From Oscillospiraceae bacterium (GTDB lineage Bacteria > Bacillota > Clostridia > Oscillospirales > CAG-272), in NCBI GenBank assembly GCA_015063645.1, contig SVTS01000002.1, forward strand, positions 5,141 through 69,140: 64,000 bases of DNA. The letters are read 5' to 3'. Below, piece by piece: positions 28,811-37,589 of this stretch; the stretch's first letter is position 1; every line of letters begins with the position of its first letter. The position numbers were made by a program, and so were the translations under genes. The notes below the pieces were generated by a model that searched no databases, had not been told where the DNA came from, and saw nothing but the letters and a program-made list of their open reading frames with translations.

Positions 28811-29908
28811 TCACTGACAGCGTTCCTGCACATAACCGTAATAATCGAAATCTTCCTGTGTCATGAAAAGATACTGTTCTTTTCCTTCGCGGAAATCTTC
28901 ACGGAGTGCATCTGTGTCATACCAGGTGATATCCAGATAAATGGGACCCGCTTCCGTGTCAAGCAGGTTCCACGCGTGGCGTCCTGCGGGTGTTTCTCCG
29001 CGGCAGTACCAGCATGAGATACCCGTTTCGCGGCACAGCCGGTAAAACGCCTGCGCATAGCCGGAACAGATGGCTTTTCCTTTTACAAACGCGCTGTACG
29101 CCTGATAATCGTACAGGACAATCGAATCCGAGTAATCGTATTCATTTCCTGCGGCGAGAACGAGGATGAAGTAGCAGCATTTTTCGTAATTGGAAAGTCC
29201 CTCCGGCATTTTTTCCAGAATTCGGTCAACGACGGCATTGCAGAGTGCGACTTCGGCGCGGATTGCGTCACGGTCATCGCAGAGCCTGGTAAGCGTATCC
29301 CCCGGCATAAAATAACCTGAGCGGAATTCGGCTCCGTTGATTTTTGCATCGCTGTAGAGGAATAACTCCGTATGATCGATCCGCAATGCATCCAGGGCGC
29401 TCACAAAGATATTGAATAAATCCACTCCGGGATAATCCTTTTCAAAGAACTGATAGTCCTCAAAAGCGGCAACCTTTGCAAGCACATGATCGTACATTTC
29501 TTTGGAAAGCGGATATTTCAGAGAATCTCTCTGTTTGGGTCGTGCATCATAATCGCAGTTGGAAATCGGCAGCGGTTCTTCGTTTACGGTGTTCAGAAGC
29601 TTAACCGCTGTCCGGATTGCAGGATCAATCCTCTCGGCGGCTTTCCGCGCCGTTTCGTTGGAGAAGGTTTCACTTTCATCAAAAACTACCGTGTAACGCT
29701 CAGTCGGCGGAGCAGAAACCGGTTCCGGATCGTCTGTGGCTTCTGCAGTGGTTTCCGCTGTGGACAGCGGGAGATCAGTCAATTGTATATCTGGAAGTTC
29801 GCAGGAGGAAAACAGCAGAGCACAGAGCAGCAGCAGGGAATGGAACCGTTTATGGATAACTTTTGACTGTATGCCCGGCAGCGCGGGAAATCTGTCGGCG
29901 TGTTTCAT
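28811..29908 (-). CDS. Transglutaminase-like (papain-fold Cys-His-Asp) domain lipoprotein
   Basis: 365 aa. Lipobox LLFSSC. Core motifs KAICSGYAQAF (Cys), GRHAWN (His) and YLDITW (Asp). The start overlaps the LuxR-gene stop by 4 nt. Confidence 0.65.
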   Translation of the reverse strand: MKHADRFPALPGIQSKVIHKRFHSLLLLCALLFSSCELPDIQLTDLPLSTAETTAEATDDPEPVSAPPTERYTVVFDESETFSNETARKAAERIDPAIRTAVKLLNTVNEEPLPISNCDYDARPKQRDSLKYPLSKEMYDHVLAKVAAFEDYQFFEKDYPGVDLFNIFVSALDALRIDHTELFLYSDAKINGAEFRSGYFMPGDTLTRLCDDRDAIRAEVALCNAVVDRILEKMPEGLSNYEKCCYFILVLAAGNEYDYSDSIVLYDYQAYSAFVKGKAICSGYAQAFYRLCRETGISCWYCRGETPAGRHAWNLLDTEAGPIYLDITWYDTDALREDFREGKEQYLFMTQEDFDYYGYVQERCQ

Positions 29909-31569
29909 TCTGTCTGCTCCCCTTTCCCGTCCCGATACTGTTTCAGTGCGGCAAAGCGCAGGAACTGTTTTCTGGAGGATACACCGAGCTTGGAGTATAT
30001 ATTCTTGTTGTGATACTTCATGGTGTTTTCCTTGATACCGATAATGGATGCGATTTCCGCTGTGGTTTTTCCTTCCACATACATTTCGTAAATGCGCATT
30101 TCCTGCGGGGTCAGCGTTTTCAGGTTGCAGATGAAGTATTCGTAATCTTCCAGAATAATTTCGTTTTTGCTTTCATCGGAGAGATGCAGGACTTCATTTT
30201 TGGCAAGTTCGTATTCTTCCAGTGCTTTTTCGTAGTTTTCTCTTGCACGGGCGGCTTCTTCCTCGGCGGCTTGTTTGGCTGCTTTCAAAGATGCAAGCTG
30301 TTCTTCCAGGACTGACGATTTCTTTTCAATAAAAGCGAACAGGTCGTCAAATTCGCGGATCTTCAGCTGGTCACCGGTGTTTTCGCTGTACTTGATCTGC
30401 TCGATTTTACGGAGAATCGGTGCAACATATTTCCGGCTCATAAACAGGCAGTAGGCGAACATGATCAGCATGACGGCGAAAATAATTCCGGCGGTTTTTA
30501 TCTGACCGCGCTGTACCAGAGCGTTGAACTGCGCCTCCGTGATCATGAGCGCAACGGTGAAAGTACGGTCGCCAAGAATCACGCTTTTTGTTTTGCCGAT
30601 GCATGTTTCAATGCCGAAATCAAATACGGCATTCCCGTCTTTTTCAGTGATGTTTATATTTTCGGGGGCGATTGTATTGTAGCGTCCCGAGTTGAACTGA
30701 CAGGAGAAAATCCCCTGATTTTCGTCAATCAGCGCTCCGATAAGTGTTCCCAGTCTGTCATCGTTCGTCTTCTTGGACAGCTGAAAAAACATATCGTTGA
30801 TTTCAAAACCGCAGACACCGATGATACGGTCTCTCTGGTCGCGGATGGGAACATAGACATATCTCGCCCGCTCCCATGTGTCCGGAATTTCCACCGTGGG
30901 GCTCAGAATATAGTGCTTTCCGTTCGCGAATGCGGAGTCACAGGCATCGAAAAAATTGGTACGCATCTCGTTGTTCCATCCGCTGTGGAAAGTGACGTTC
31001 CCCTCTTTGGCGGTGGAAAAAGAGCCGCGGTACAGTGTGATTTCATTGTTGACCGTACTCTCTGAGTACAGATTGATATATTTCAGATAAATGCCATTGT
31101 AAGACGGCATCTCGGAGCGGCTGTTTACCGTCGTATCCAGCATGTAAAAGGCACCGCTTGAGGGAGCGAGCTGCATGTTCAGATAGACGATGCTGTAAAG
31201 CTCTCTTTGCAGGGCGGAGAGGGAATCGGCATGATTCCGCAGATTTTCAAAAGAGAGATTGTGCTCTGTCAGATATTTCTGTATCCCGTTTTCCAGCTGA
31301 TTGGAGAAAGAGATTGCGTGCGCTGCTGCCTTGTCGTAATCCCGTTCGATGTTGTTTGCATAGGAAAGCAGCTGGGTGTCCAGCACGTCCATGATCTGGG
31401 TGCCGGTGGGATTCAGAATCCCGAAGATGTTCAAAAGGAGCAGAATCAGCGATAAAACCAGAGCAATGGCGGAGATGATATACACCACAAACCGTCTGCG
31501 GATGGAAATCCCCTCCGATTTGATCTGGCTGATGAGGTGCGGCAGGGAAACTCTGAAAAATGCTTTCAT
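29905..31569 (-). CDS. Membrane-anchored one-component regulator: TM, about 300-aa extracytoplasmic sensor domain, TM, coiled coil, LuxR-type HTH
   Basis: 554 aa. There are two hydrophobic helices (about aa 27-50 and 346-368). The C-terminus LTPQEMRIYEMYVEGKTTAEIASIIGIKENTMKYHNKNIYSKLGV is a GerE/LuxR HTH. GGGAGG RBS. Confidence 0.75.
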   Translation of the reverse strand: MKAFFRVSLPHLISQIKSEGISIRRRFVVYIISAIALVLSLILLLLNIFGILNPTGTQIMDVLDTQLLSYANNIERDYDKAAAHAISFSNQLENGIQKYLTEHNLSFENLRNHADSLSALQRELYSIVYLNMQLAPSSGAFYMLDTTVNSRSEMPSYNGIYLKYINLYSESTVNNEITLYRGSFSTAKEGNVTFHSGWNNEMRTNFFDACDSAFANGKHYILSPTVEIPDTWERARYVYVPIRDQRDRIIGVCGFEINDMFFQLSKKTNDDRLGTLIGALIDENQGIFSCQFNSGRYNTIAPENINITEKDGNAVFDFGIETCIGKTKSVILGDRTFTVALMITEAQFNALVQRGQIKTAGIIFAVMLIMFAYCLFMSRKYVAPILRKIEQIKYSENTGDQLKIREFDDLFAFIEKKSSVLEEQLASLKAAKQAAEEEAARARENYEKALEEYELAKNEVLHLSDESKNEIILEDYEYFICNLKTLTPQEMRIYEMYVEGKTTAEIASIIGIKENTMKYHNKNIYSKLGVSSRKQFLRFAALKQYRDGKGEQTE

Positions 31570-31581
31570 GCGGCACCTCCC

Positions 31582-32940
31582 TTATTTCTCGTACAGGCTT
31601 TTCAGCTCAGCAAGGGAGCTTTCGGCAAGCGTATCCAGAATCTTTTCGGGAGATTTTCCTTCGCTGATCAGCTTTTTATACTGATTGTGTGCGGATTTCA
31701 GTACCGAATTAACATTTTTCTCAAAATCAAGCTGCATTTCCGAGGCGCCGTCATAAAGCGGAAGCGCGTAGAATGTGTAGCTGTCCAGCATCGTATCCAC
31801 CGACGTATAGACACTGCGGTAATTCTCCTTTTCGATCCGGCTGATGTTTGCGAAAAGCGCACTGAGCGCTTCGTCAGTCACCGGGAGATAGCCGGCGTTC
31901 TGGACGAATTCCAGATTGTTTTCTTTCTCTGTCAGCCATCTGGCGAAAATATACGCAGCCTGATTGCGGCGCTCATTGTCGCTTTTCATGGCAAACAGTC
32001 CGCCGCCACGATAGATCACGCCGGGGGCGCTTTCCGTAAACATCGGATAGGGAAGTGCCGCCGCCTGAATAGCTTCGGTGGTGTTGTCGGGATAGATAAC
32101 CTCGGTCGGCTGATACAGTACATCGGCACTCGAACCTGTGTTGGCAATGACTTCTGCCGTTTTCCAGCGTGCGGCCGCATACCCTTCGTCGAGACAGATG
32201 CCGCCGTAGATTGCTGCTTTTGCGAGAGGCATCCATACAGTGCGGAATGCTTCATCCTCGATCCGCAGTCTGCCGCTGCGAATAAACTCGCTTCCATGGG
32301 CTTTCATACCCACATAGGCGTAGTGAAAATAATCGTTGATCTGCAGAAAACTCTGTCCGCCTGACCAGTCACAGTAAGTGCGTGCCGCGTCAAATACACC
32401 CTCAAAAGTGGACAGATCGGCAACGGAAATGCCGCTGGCGGCACTGAAACGGTCAAACAGCGTTTTGTTCAGATAGAATGCCTCTGTGGATTTTGCCACG
32501 GGAAGCATCAGAAGTTTTTCGCCGAAGTACCCTTCGGAGAGAAAGTCAGCGTGAAAGCCGGACAGTTCTTTTTTTGTGAAATAATCGTTCCAGGAAAGCA
32601 GATTTTCCTGCCCGACAATCTCTGCCACTCTGGGGTACGCAGTGAAGAGATCAGGCATTGCATCGGCACCCGGCTCACCGTTGGCGGATGCAGCAAGTGC
32701 CCGATCAATGGCGGAGGAAGAGGTGACAGATACCACGTTTACCGTGATGCCGTACTCTCTGCCGACAGAGTGATTGAATGTATCGATCACATCGTTCAGC
32801 GGGGATTTTGTCTGGCTTCCGTAGACATGCCACATGGTCAGCGTGACCGGATTCGCGGGACTTGGCATCTGCTGACCGCAGCCCGACAAAGCTGTTATAA
32901 AAAATACAAGAGTCAAAAGAAAAGCAAGAGTTTTTTTCAT
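31582..32940 (-). CDS. Extracellular solute-binding lipoprotein (ABC SBP-like), no cognate permease nearby
   Basis: 453 aa from MKKTLAFLLTLVFFITALSGCGQ (lipobox). The ORF-track 5' extension to 33369 was rejected. Confidence 0.75.
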   Translation of the reverse strand: MKKTLAFLLTLVFFITALSGCGQQMPSPANPVTLTMWHVYGSQTKSPLNDVIDTFNHSVGREYGITVNVVSVTSSSAIDRALAASANGEPGADAMPDLFTAYPRVAEIVGQENLLSWNDYFTKKELSGFHADFLSEGYFGEKLLMLPVAKSTEAFYLNKTLFDRFSAASGISVADLSTFEGVFDAARTYCDWSGGQSFLQINDYFHYAYVGMKAHGSEFIRSGRLRIEDEAFRTVWMPLAKAAIYGGICLDEGYAAARWKTAEVIANTGSSADVLYQPTEVIYPDNTTEAIQAAALPYPMFTESAPGVIYRGGGLFAMKSDNERRNQAAYIFARWLTEKENNLEFVQNAGYLPVTDEALSALFANISRIEKENYRSVYTSVDTMLDSYTFYALPLYDGASEMQLDFEKNVNSVLKSAHNQYKKLISEGKSPEKILDTLAESSLAELKSLYEK

Positions 32941-32960
32941 GTTGCCACCTTCCAGCATGG

Positions 32961-33035
32961 GTTTCCTACCCGAATTCCCACCCTTTTTCTGAAAAAATTT
33001 GTTTTTCCTACCCGTTTTAGCCGAATCGGGTGGGG
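32961..33035 (-). promoter_or_regulatory. Repeated motif in the 5' region of the SBP/LuxR operon
   Basis: TTCCTACCCG occurs twice (32964-32973 and 33005-33014), each time near CCGAAT. CCCACCC (32977-32983) is complementary to GGGTGGG (33028-33034) and also to the GGAAGGTGG RBS region on the mRNA. Confidence 0.35.
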
Positions 33036-33437
33036 ACAAAAGCGTGAAAATCCGTATAATTATACTTGCATGGTTACCGAAGGAGGATATAGGTCTTGCC
33101 GCATTTTCATCAATTTGCGAAAAGGGGTATCCCGCTGTCCGGGAACATCGTTCCCGTATAACGTACTCTGCGGACGCGCCAACGACAACAGAGTCCGCCC
33201 CGATTTCTATGGATTTTATTTGCAGCCGCTCGCTATATACTGCCGGAATTCCGCGAAGCGGAACGCAGACGGATTTTGCGCGGCAGAATCGCGTACACAG
33301 CAGATTATCGTGCTGCTGCAGCTGACAGGATGCTGTATACATTATATCACAGAATCCGGAGTCAATCAAGAGCCGCTGTGCTTTAATAATATAATAAACT
33401 TTAATTAAAAATTATATAATATACAGGAGGCATTCAT

Positions 33438-33881
33438 ATGAACTACGTAGGCAGATGGGTATTTCATTCCATAGGTATGATCAGCGACGAGGATGAAATG
33501 GTGTATCTCGGTGCGGAGGAATATCTGAAAGCGCCGATGCCGTATGTTGATGAATCAGATGCGGAAGCGGTTGCGGACGAAATGAAGGAAAGAAAACAGA
33601 TGATCGGCGGTCAGATCGCCGTGTGTGAAGACGGCAAACTGTATATGCTGATGCCTCTGCCCGAAGGCGTTTCCCAAAAAGAAGTCGATCAGGCTGTCAA
33701 AGCCGGGATCATCAAGGTGTATGACGGCATGATGACCGACGATCCCAAGGCGTGGGAAGAACGGGACGGTGCGCTGTGGTTGGAAGTCGGTGAGGGCATG
33801 AGTGAGGACGGATGGGTAAAACTATCCGATGAGGACGGTTTTTTGAATTTTATGAATACACGCTATACAAAAGCGGAATGA
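33438..33881 (+). CDS. Hypothetical acidic cytoplasmic protein (147 aa)
   Basis: ORF with an AGGAGG RBS. First gene of a tightly spaced five-gene block. Confidence 0.5.
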   Translation: MNYVGRWVFHSIGMISDEDEMVYLGAEEYLKAPMPYVDESDAEAVADEMKERKQMIGGQIAVCEDGKLYMLMPLPEGVSQKEVDQAVKAGIIKVYDGMMTDDPKAWEERDGALWLEVGEGMSEDGWVKLSDEDGFLNFMNTRYTKAE

Positions 33882-33897
33882 GCTGGAGGAGCATGTC

Positions 33898-34497
33898 ATG
33901 AGCTTTCTTGAATCCCTGAAAAAAGCAGTTTTCTCCGTGCTGAAAACTGAGACGCGTAAGGCTGTGAACAATGCCGTGCAGAATATAGGAAAAGGCAGAA
34001 ACTATACCGAAAAATTCACGTTTTCCGCCCTTCCTTCAAGCGTGGAGGAACTGAAAGCACTGCCGGAAGCCAAACTGGATACCGCATTCAAAACAACTGC
34101 GCTGGTAATCCTTGCGCTGAGCCGCTATGAAGCAGATCCGGATGCGGCGATCGCCATGCTGAATTTTCTGAAAGGCCCGGAAGATTTCAACGGCAGAGAG
34201 CAGAGCTTCCTGAAAGACCGCCTGGCTGATAAGAGTTATAAGGTGCGTTCCTTCTTCGGCGGTGCGACACCTGAAAATAACTACACGCCTGCCACTCCGT
34301 ATACCGTCGCTGTCAGCGAGAATCCCTATTCGTTTGACGAGGAAAACTGGGCAACGATGTATGTGACCAGCGGCGGCGCGGATAATCCCAGACCGATCAA
34401 ACTGAGAAAGAAGCCTTCCACCGGCGAATGGTTTTTGAACGATATCCAGTGTCTCGCCGATATCAGACTTCCCAAGTCCGAGGATAAATGGGCATAA
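33898..34497 (+). CDS. Hypothetical protein (199 aa)
   Basis: ORF with a GGAGGAG RBS, 16 nt after the previous stop. Confidence 0.5.
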   Translation: MSFLESLKKAVFSVLKTETRKAVNNAVQNIGKGRNYTEKFTFSALPSSVEELKALPEAKLDTAFKTTALVILALSRYEADPDAAIAMLNFLKGPEDFNGREQSFLKDRLADKSYKVRSFFGGATPENNYTPATPYTVAVSENPYSFDEENWATMYVTSGGADNPRPIKLRKKPSTGEWFLNDIQCLADIRLPKSEDKWA

Positions 34498-34934
34498 GCG
34501 GTATGCGGATCAATCTGTTTGACAGCGGATATTTTCAGCTTGTCGTGCCGGACGGCTGGATGGCTTTCTTCGGTATCGACAGTGAGTGCAGAACAACGCA
34601 GAAGAAGGTACATATTTTCAAGGAAGCGAAACTCGAAACGGATATCTTTACTCATGCGGGAATTACAGTCTGCTTTTTCAGCAAAGAGGATATTTACATA
34701 TCTCCGAAGAGTTTCTATGATGATATCGTCGACATGGAACCGTTCACCCTCGGTTCCTATACATGGAACGGCTATACCTGCACCAGTTTCGGTTATCCTT
34801 ATACGATGCTGGAAGCAAAGCATGACGGATGCGTTTTTCAGGTGATGATTCTCATGAAAAACGGGGATTACGGGATATCCCTTGACGATGCGGACGTGCA
34901 GATGATCCTGGCAAGTCTTACGGAATCAGCCTGA
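34488..34934 (+). CDS. Hypothetical protein (148 aa; an alternative start at 34503 is possible)
   Basis: The ORF overlaps the previous stop by 10 nt. Confidence 0.45.
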   Translation: MGISGMRINLFDSGYFQLVVPDGWMAFFGIDSECRTTQKKVHIFKEAKLETDIFTHAGITVCFFSKEDIYISPKSFYDDIVDMEPFTLGSYTWNGYTCTSFGYPYTMLEAKHDGCVFQVMILMKNGDYGISLDDADVQMILASLTESA

Positions 34935-35039
34935 CGTGAATATGCCACGGACCGCTGGGATGCATAAACAGCAACAGAAAAACGTGGGGCGATGGAGCGG
35001 GATGTTCCCTCGCCCCTGCGGGTTTCAAAGGAGTATTTT

Positions 35040-36293
35040 ATGAAAAGATTATTAGTTCTGCTGACCGGACTGCTTCTTATTGCGGGGCAGCTGGCTGCCT
35101 GTGCCGATCTGTCCTCCGCGGGGAAAGCCGCCGCAGAGAATCTGACGCTGGTCAGGTATTCCGGTCAGCAGCAGGAATGGGATGATGAAATTCTTCTGGC
35201 GCTGAGTGAATACTCCGGTGTTATCCTGTCTGATGAAAGCGCGGAGGAATATCCTGCTCTGGCAGAGATTCTGGAGCAGACCCGTGGAATGACAGTGCGT
35301 TCCATGGAAGATGAATTTGACAATCTTCTTGCAACTGCCAAAGATGAACTGCAGATTTTGGGCGCGGACAGATTTGTAACCAAGTTATCCACCTGTGATG
35401 TACAGATCCGCCGCGCGGACAGTGTCGCGGTCAGCTATCTGTCCGAGTCATGGCTGGTATACGGAAAAATCAATGACCGCTTTCTGCGCGGAACAACCTA
35501 TGATACCGCAGCCGGCAGGGAACTGAAACTTACGGATGTTATCAGGGACATGAGCAAAATCCCGGAGATTGTGAAAAAGGAACTGACCTCCCATACGTGG
35601 ACCGGTGACTTTATCTCTGAAACTGCCGTGGAAGATTATTTCCGTGATACACCCGAGGAGGGACTTGCATGGACACTTGATTATAACGGCGTGACGTTCT
35701 ATTTCGGCAGCGGTGATATTGCGGATGTCGGACGGCACGGACGTCTGGCGGCGACAGTATCCTTTGCGGAGCATCCGGAGTTGTTTGTCGGAAAATACAT
35801 GGCAGTTCCTGCGGCGTATATGGTTGAGCTTCCGATGAATCATCCGTTCTTTACCGATCTTGACGGAGACGGGGATCTGGAAGAGCTGAATGTGACACCT
35901 TTTACGCATGAAAGCGGTCTGTACTATGATTCGTTTTGCGTCTATACCGATACGGATATGCAGTATTATCACGCAGATCTGCAGGCGGATACCGTGCACC
36001 GTACCGGCGGCTATCATCCTTATTATGTCAGAACGGAAGACGGCAGACAGTATCTGTATGTCTTTGCGGAAGGAAGCGAGCTGGCTGCCGGCGATATGAC
36101 ACTGCGCGTGATCGATGTAAAAGACGGTGCGTTCACTGCGGTCGGAGATATGCACGTCGCGCCCGGCTATATCCCGGTTGATCTTTCCTGGGCACTGACG
36201 GATCCGGACAGCATGATGCTTGAAAATTTTGAAACGCAGCAGGAAGCTGCGGCATACCGTGTGGGAAACAACGGTATGCCTGTGAGGAAATAA
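35040..36293 (+). CDS. Hypothetical lipoprotein; the N-terminal part resembles DUF4163/DUF3298 (RsiV/PdaC-type) domains
   Basis: 417 aa from MKRLLVLLTGLLLIAGQLAACAD (lipobox). The segment ...VSYLSESWLVYGKINDRFLRGTTYDTAAGRELKLTDVI resembles the DUF3298 pattern as recalled. Confidence 0.55.
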   Translation: MKRLLVLLTGLLLIAGQLAACADLSSAGKAAAENLTLVRYSGQQQEWDDEILLALSEYSGVILSDESAEEYPALAEILEQTRGMTVRSMEDEFDNLLATAKDELQILGADRFVTKLSTCDVQIRRADSVAVSYLSESWLVYGKINDRFLRGTTYDTAAGRELKLTDVIRDMSKIPEIVKKELTSHTWTGDFISETAVEDYFRDTPEEGLAWTLDYNGVTFYFGSGDIADVGRHGRLAATVSFAEHPELFVGKYMAVPAAYMVELPMNHPFFTDLDGDGDLEELNVTPFTHESGLYYDSFCVYTDTDMQYYHADLQADTVHRTGGYHPYYVRTEDGRQYLYVFAEGSELAAGDMTLRVIDVKDGAFTAVGDMHVAPGYIPVDLSWALTDPDSMMLENFETQQEAAAYRVGNNGMPVRK

Positions 36294-36296
36294 GAG

Positions 36297-36995
36297 ATGT
36301 CTGTATATTGTTCCAAAAATCACGAGGGCGTGTATTTCATTGACTGCGGCATGGGAGAACTGGTATTTCAGGGCGAGGGCTGCATCTGTTCCGAGGATAC
36401 CGTGACATGGAATCCGGACGAAACCTGGAAGGAAGCAGTCACCGCAGTAACGGTGTGTGACAGGATCACGGAGATTTGCGGCGGCGTGTTCGAGCAGTTT
36501 CCAAACGTGAGGAAGCTGAATCTGCCGAAATCTCTGACCCGCATTGAGATGACCGATGCGCTGAAAACGCTCCTTCACACCAACGGTGTGCTCGTACATG
36601 CGGCATACGGCTCATACGGCGATGCTTTCGCACAGGAGAACGGACTGCGGTTTCTGCCGGAGAATATAGAACTCGGATGGCACCGGGATGAGAAGTATGA
36701 CGAGAGTACAAAGCTTATTCTGCGATTCCATGAAGACAGCACAATGGATATTCTCATCGACATCTTTACCGCCGGCATCTCGGCAGGATCAAGCGGAGGT
36801 GCATCGCTGGATCGTCCGATGCCGGATGAGTATTATCCGGGGTGTACACTTGAAGAATTCGCCGGTATGTTCCCGGCACGGTATTACGCTCAGATCATCC
36901 GTAATCCTGAGGTAAAAGTTTTTCTGGAACGGGAAGCCCGGCGGGCAAAGCAGATCAAGGATACAGAAAAGGGACAGACTGACAATGAGCAATAA
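36297..36995 (+). CDS. Hypothetical protein (232 aa), possibly with a BspA-type leucine-rich-repeat fragment
   Basis: The ORF starts 4 nt after the previous stop. ITEICGGVFEQFPNVRKLNLPKSLTRIE is LRR_5-like. Confidence 0.45.
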   Translation: MSVYCSKNHEGVYFIDCGMGELVFQGEGCICSEDTVTWNPDETWKEAVTAVTVCDRITEICGGVFEQFPNVRKLNLPKSLTRIEMTDALKTLLHTNGVLVHAAYGSYGDAFAQENGLRFLPENIELGWHRDEKYDESTKLILRFHEDSTMDILIDIFTAGISAGSSGGASLDRPMPDEYYPGCTLEEFAGMFPARYYAQIIRNPEVKVFLEREARRAKQIKDTEKGQTDNEQ

Positions 36996-37104
36996 GAAAA
37001 AACTGACAATTCTGCATTCCAACGATCTCCATGGAGATTTTCTGGCGGAAAAGAATGAAGACAGGGAATTGCGAATCAACAGGCGCGATCGTATGATGAT
37101 ATAA
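36985..37104 (+). pseudogene. Truncated N-terminal remnant (39 codons) of a 5'-nucleotidase/metallophosphoesterase gene
   Basis: MSNKKKLTILHSNDLHGDFL... is the canonical first metal-binding motif (LTILHTNDxHG) of UshA/CpdB-type enzymes. The reading frame stops after 39 codons and no continuation is found downstream. Confidence 0.5.
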
Positions 37105-37449
37105 GTGAATAAAGCAAAACAGAAATTGTGCATTGCAGAACGGTCTCTGTTTTTGCTTATGCTCACCGCGATTCATTATGATATACAGTAATCAAATCAG
37201 CAGATGCTGACTGCAGGAGGAAAAATAACAGTTAGCACCCCATAACTCGCGAGATAGCATAAAACATCGAAAAAATTTTGTCAATATGTTTCGTTGAAAA
37301 GTTTTGATTTTTTTGTGGGAAATGGCGCAGTGTGCCGCGTTCAGACGCACTGCGCAGTGTGGCATTTCCGGGAAAATGCAGACGGACAGTGCCTTTTTTC
37401 TGTAGTGAAAAAATTTCCGAAAAAATTTCAAAAATTATGCATTTAGGGG

Positions 37450-37478
37450 TAGACACGACCGAAAAAAGGTAGTATAAT
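37450..37478 (+). promoter_or_regulatory. sigma-70-type promoter of the dockerin/cohesin gene pair
   Basis: TAGACA, 17-nt spacer, TATAAT. It sits about 110 nt upstream of the ATG at 37590. Confidence 0.5.
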
Positions 37479-37589
37479 ATAGGAGAATATTAGTATGCGA
37501 AAATATTATCGGAGGATTGTCGGTACTCGTACGGCATTCCCCGGAATCGTATGCTGCGCGAAAGCAAAATAAAATTTAAGGAGGACTTT

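Noticed and set aside
31582-33369. The 595-aa ORF-track version of the SBP gene. Similar 5'-extended ORFs occur at 12835-13956, 5963-6862, 22090-23640, 15856-16419, 16340-17410, 34992-36293 and 41411-42859.
   Set aside because: In each case an internal ATG or TTG is preceded by a GGAGG-type RBS and starts a canonical N-terminus (signal peptide, lipobox or family motif). The upstream extension has junk composition or contains a terminator or promoter.
36789-37456. Several 70-125-aa ORFs on the minus strand (36789-37166, 36955-37176, 37192-37431, 37232-37456).
   Set aside because: They overlap each other and the end of the plus-strand gene, lack an RBS, and have low-complexity Phe/Lys/Cys-rich translations. 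The region is better interpreted as non-coding junction DNA.
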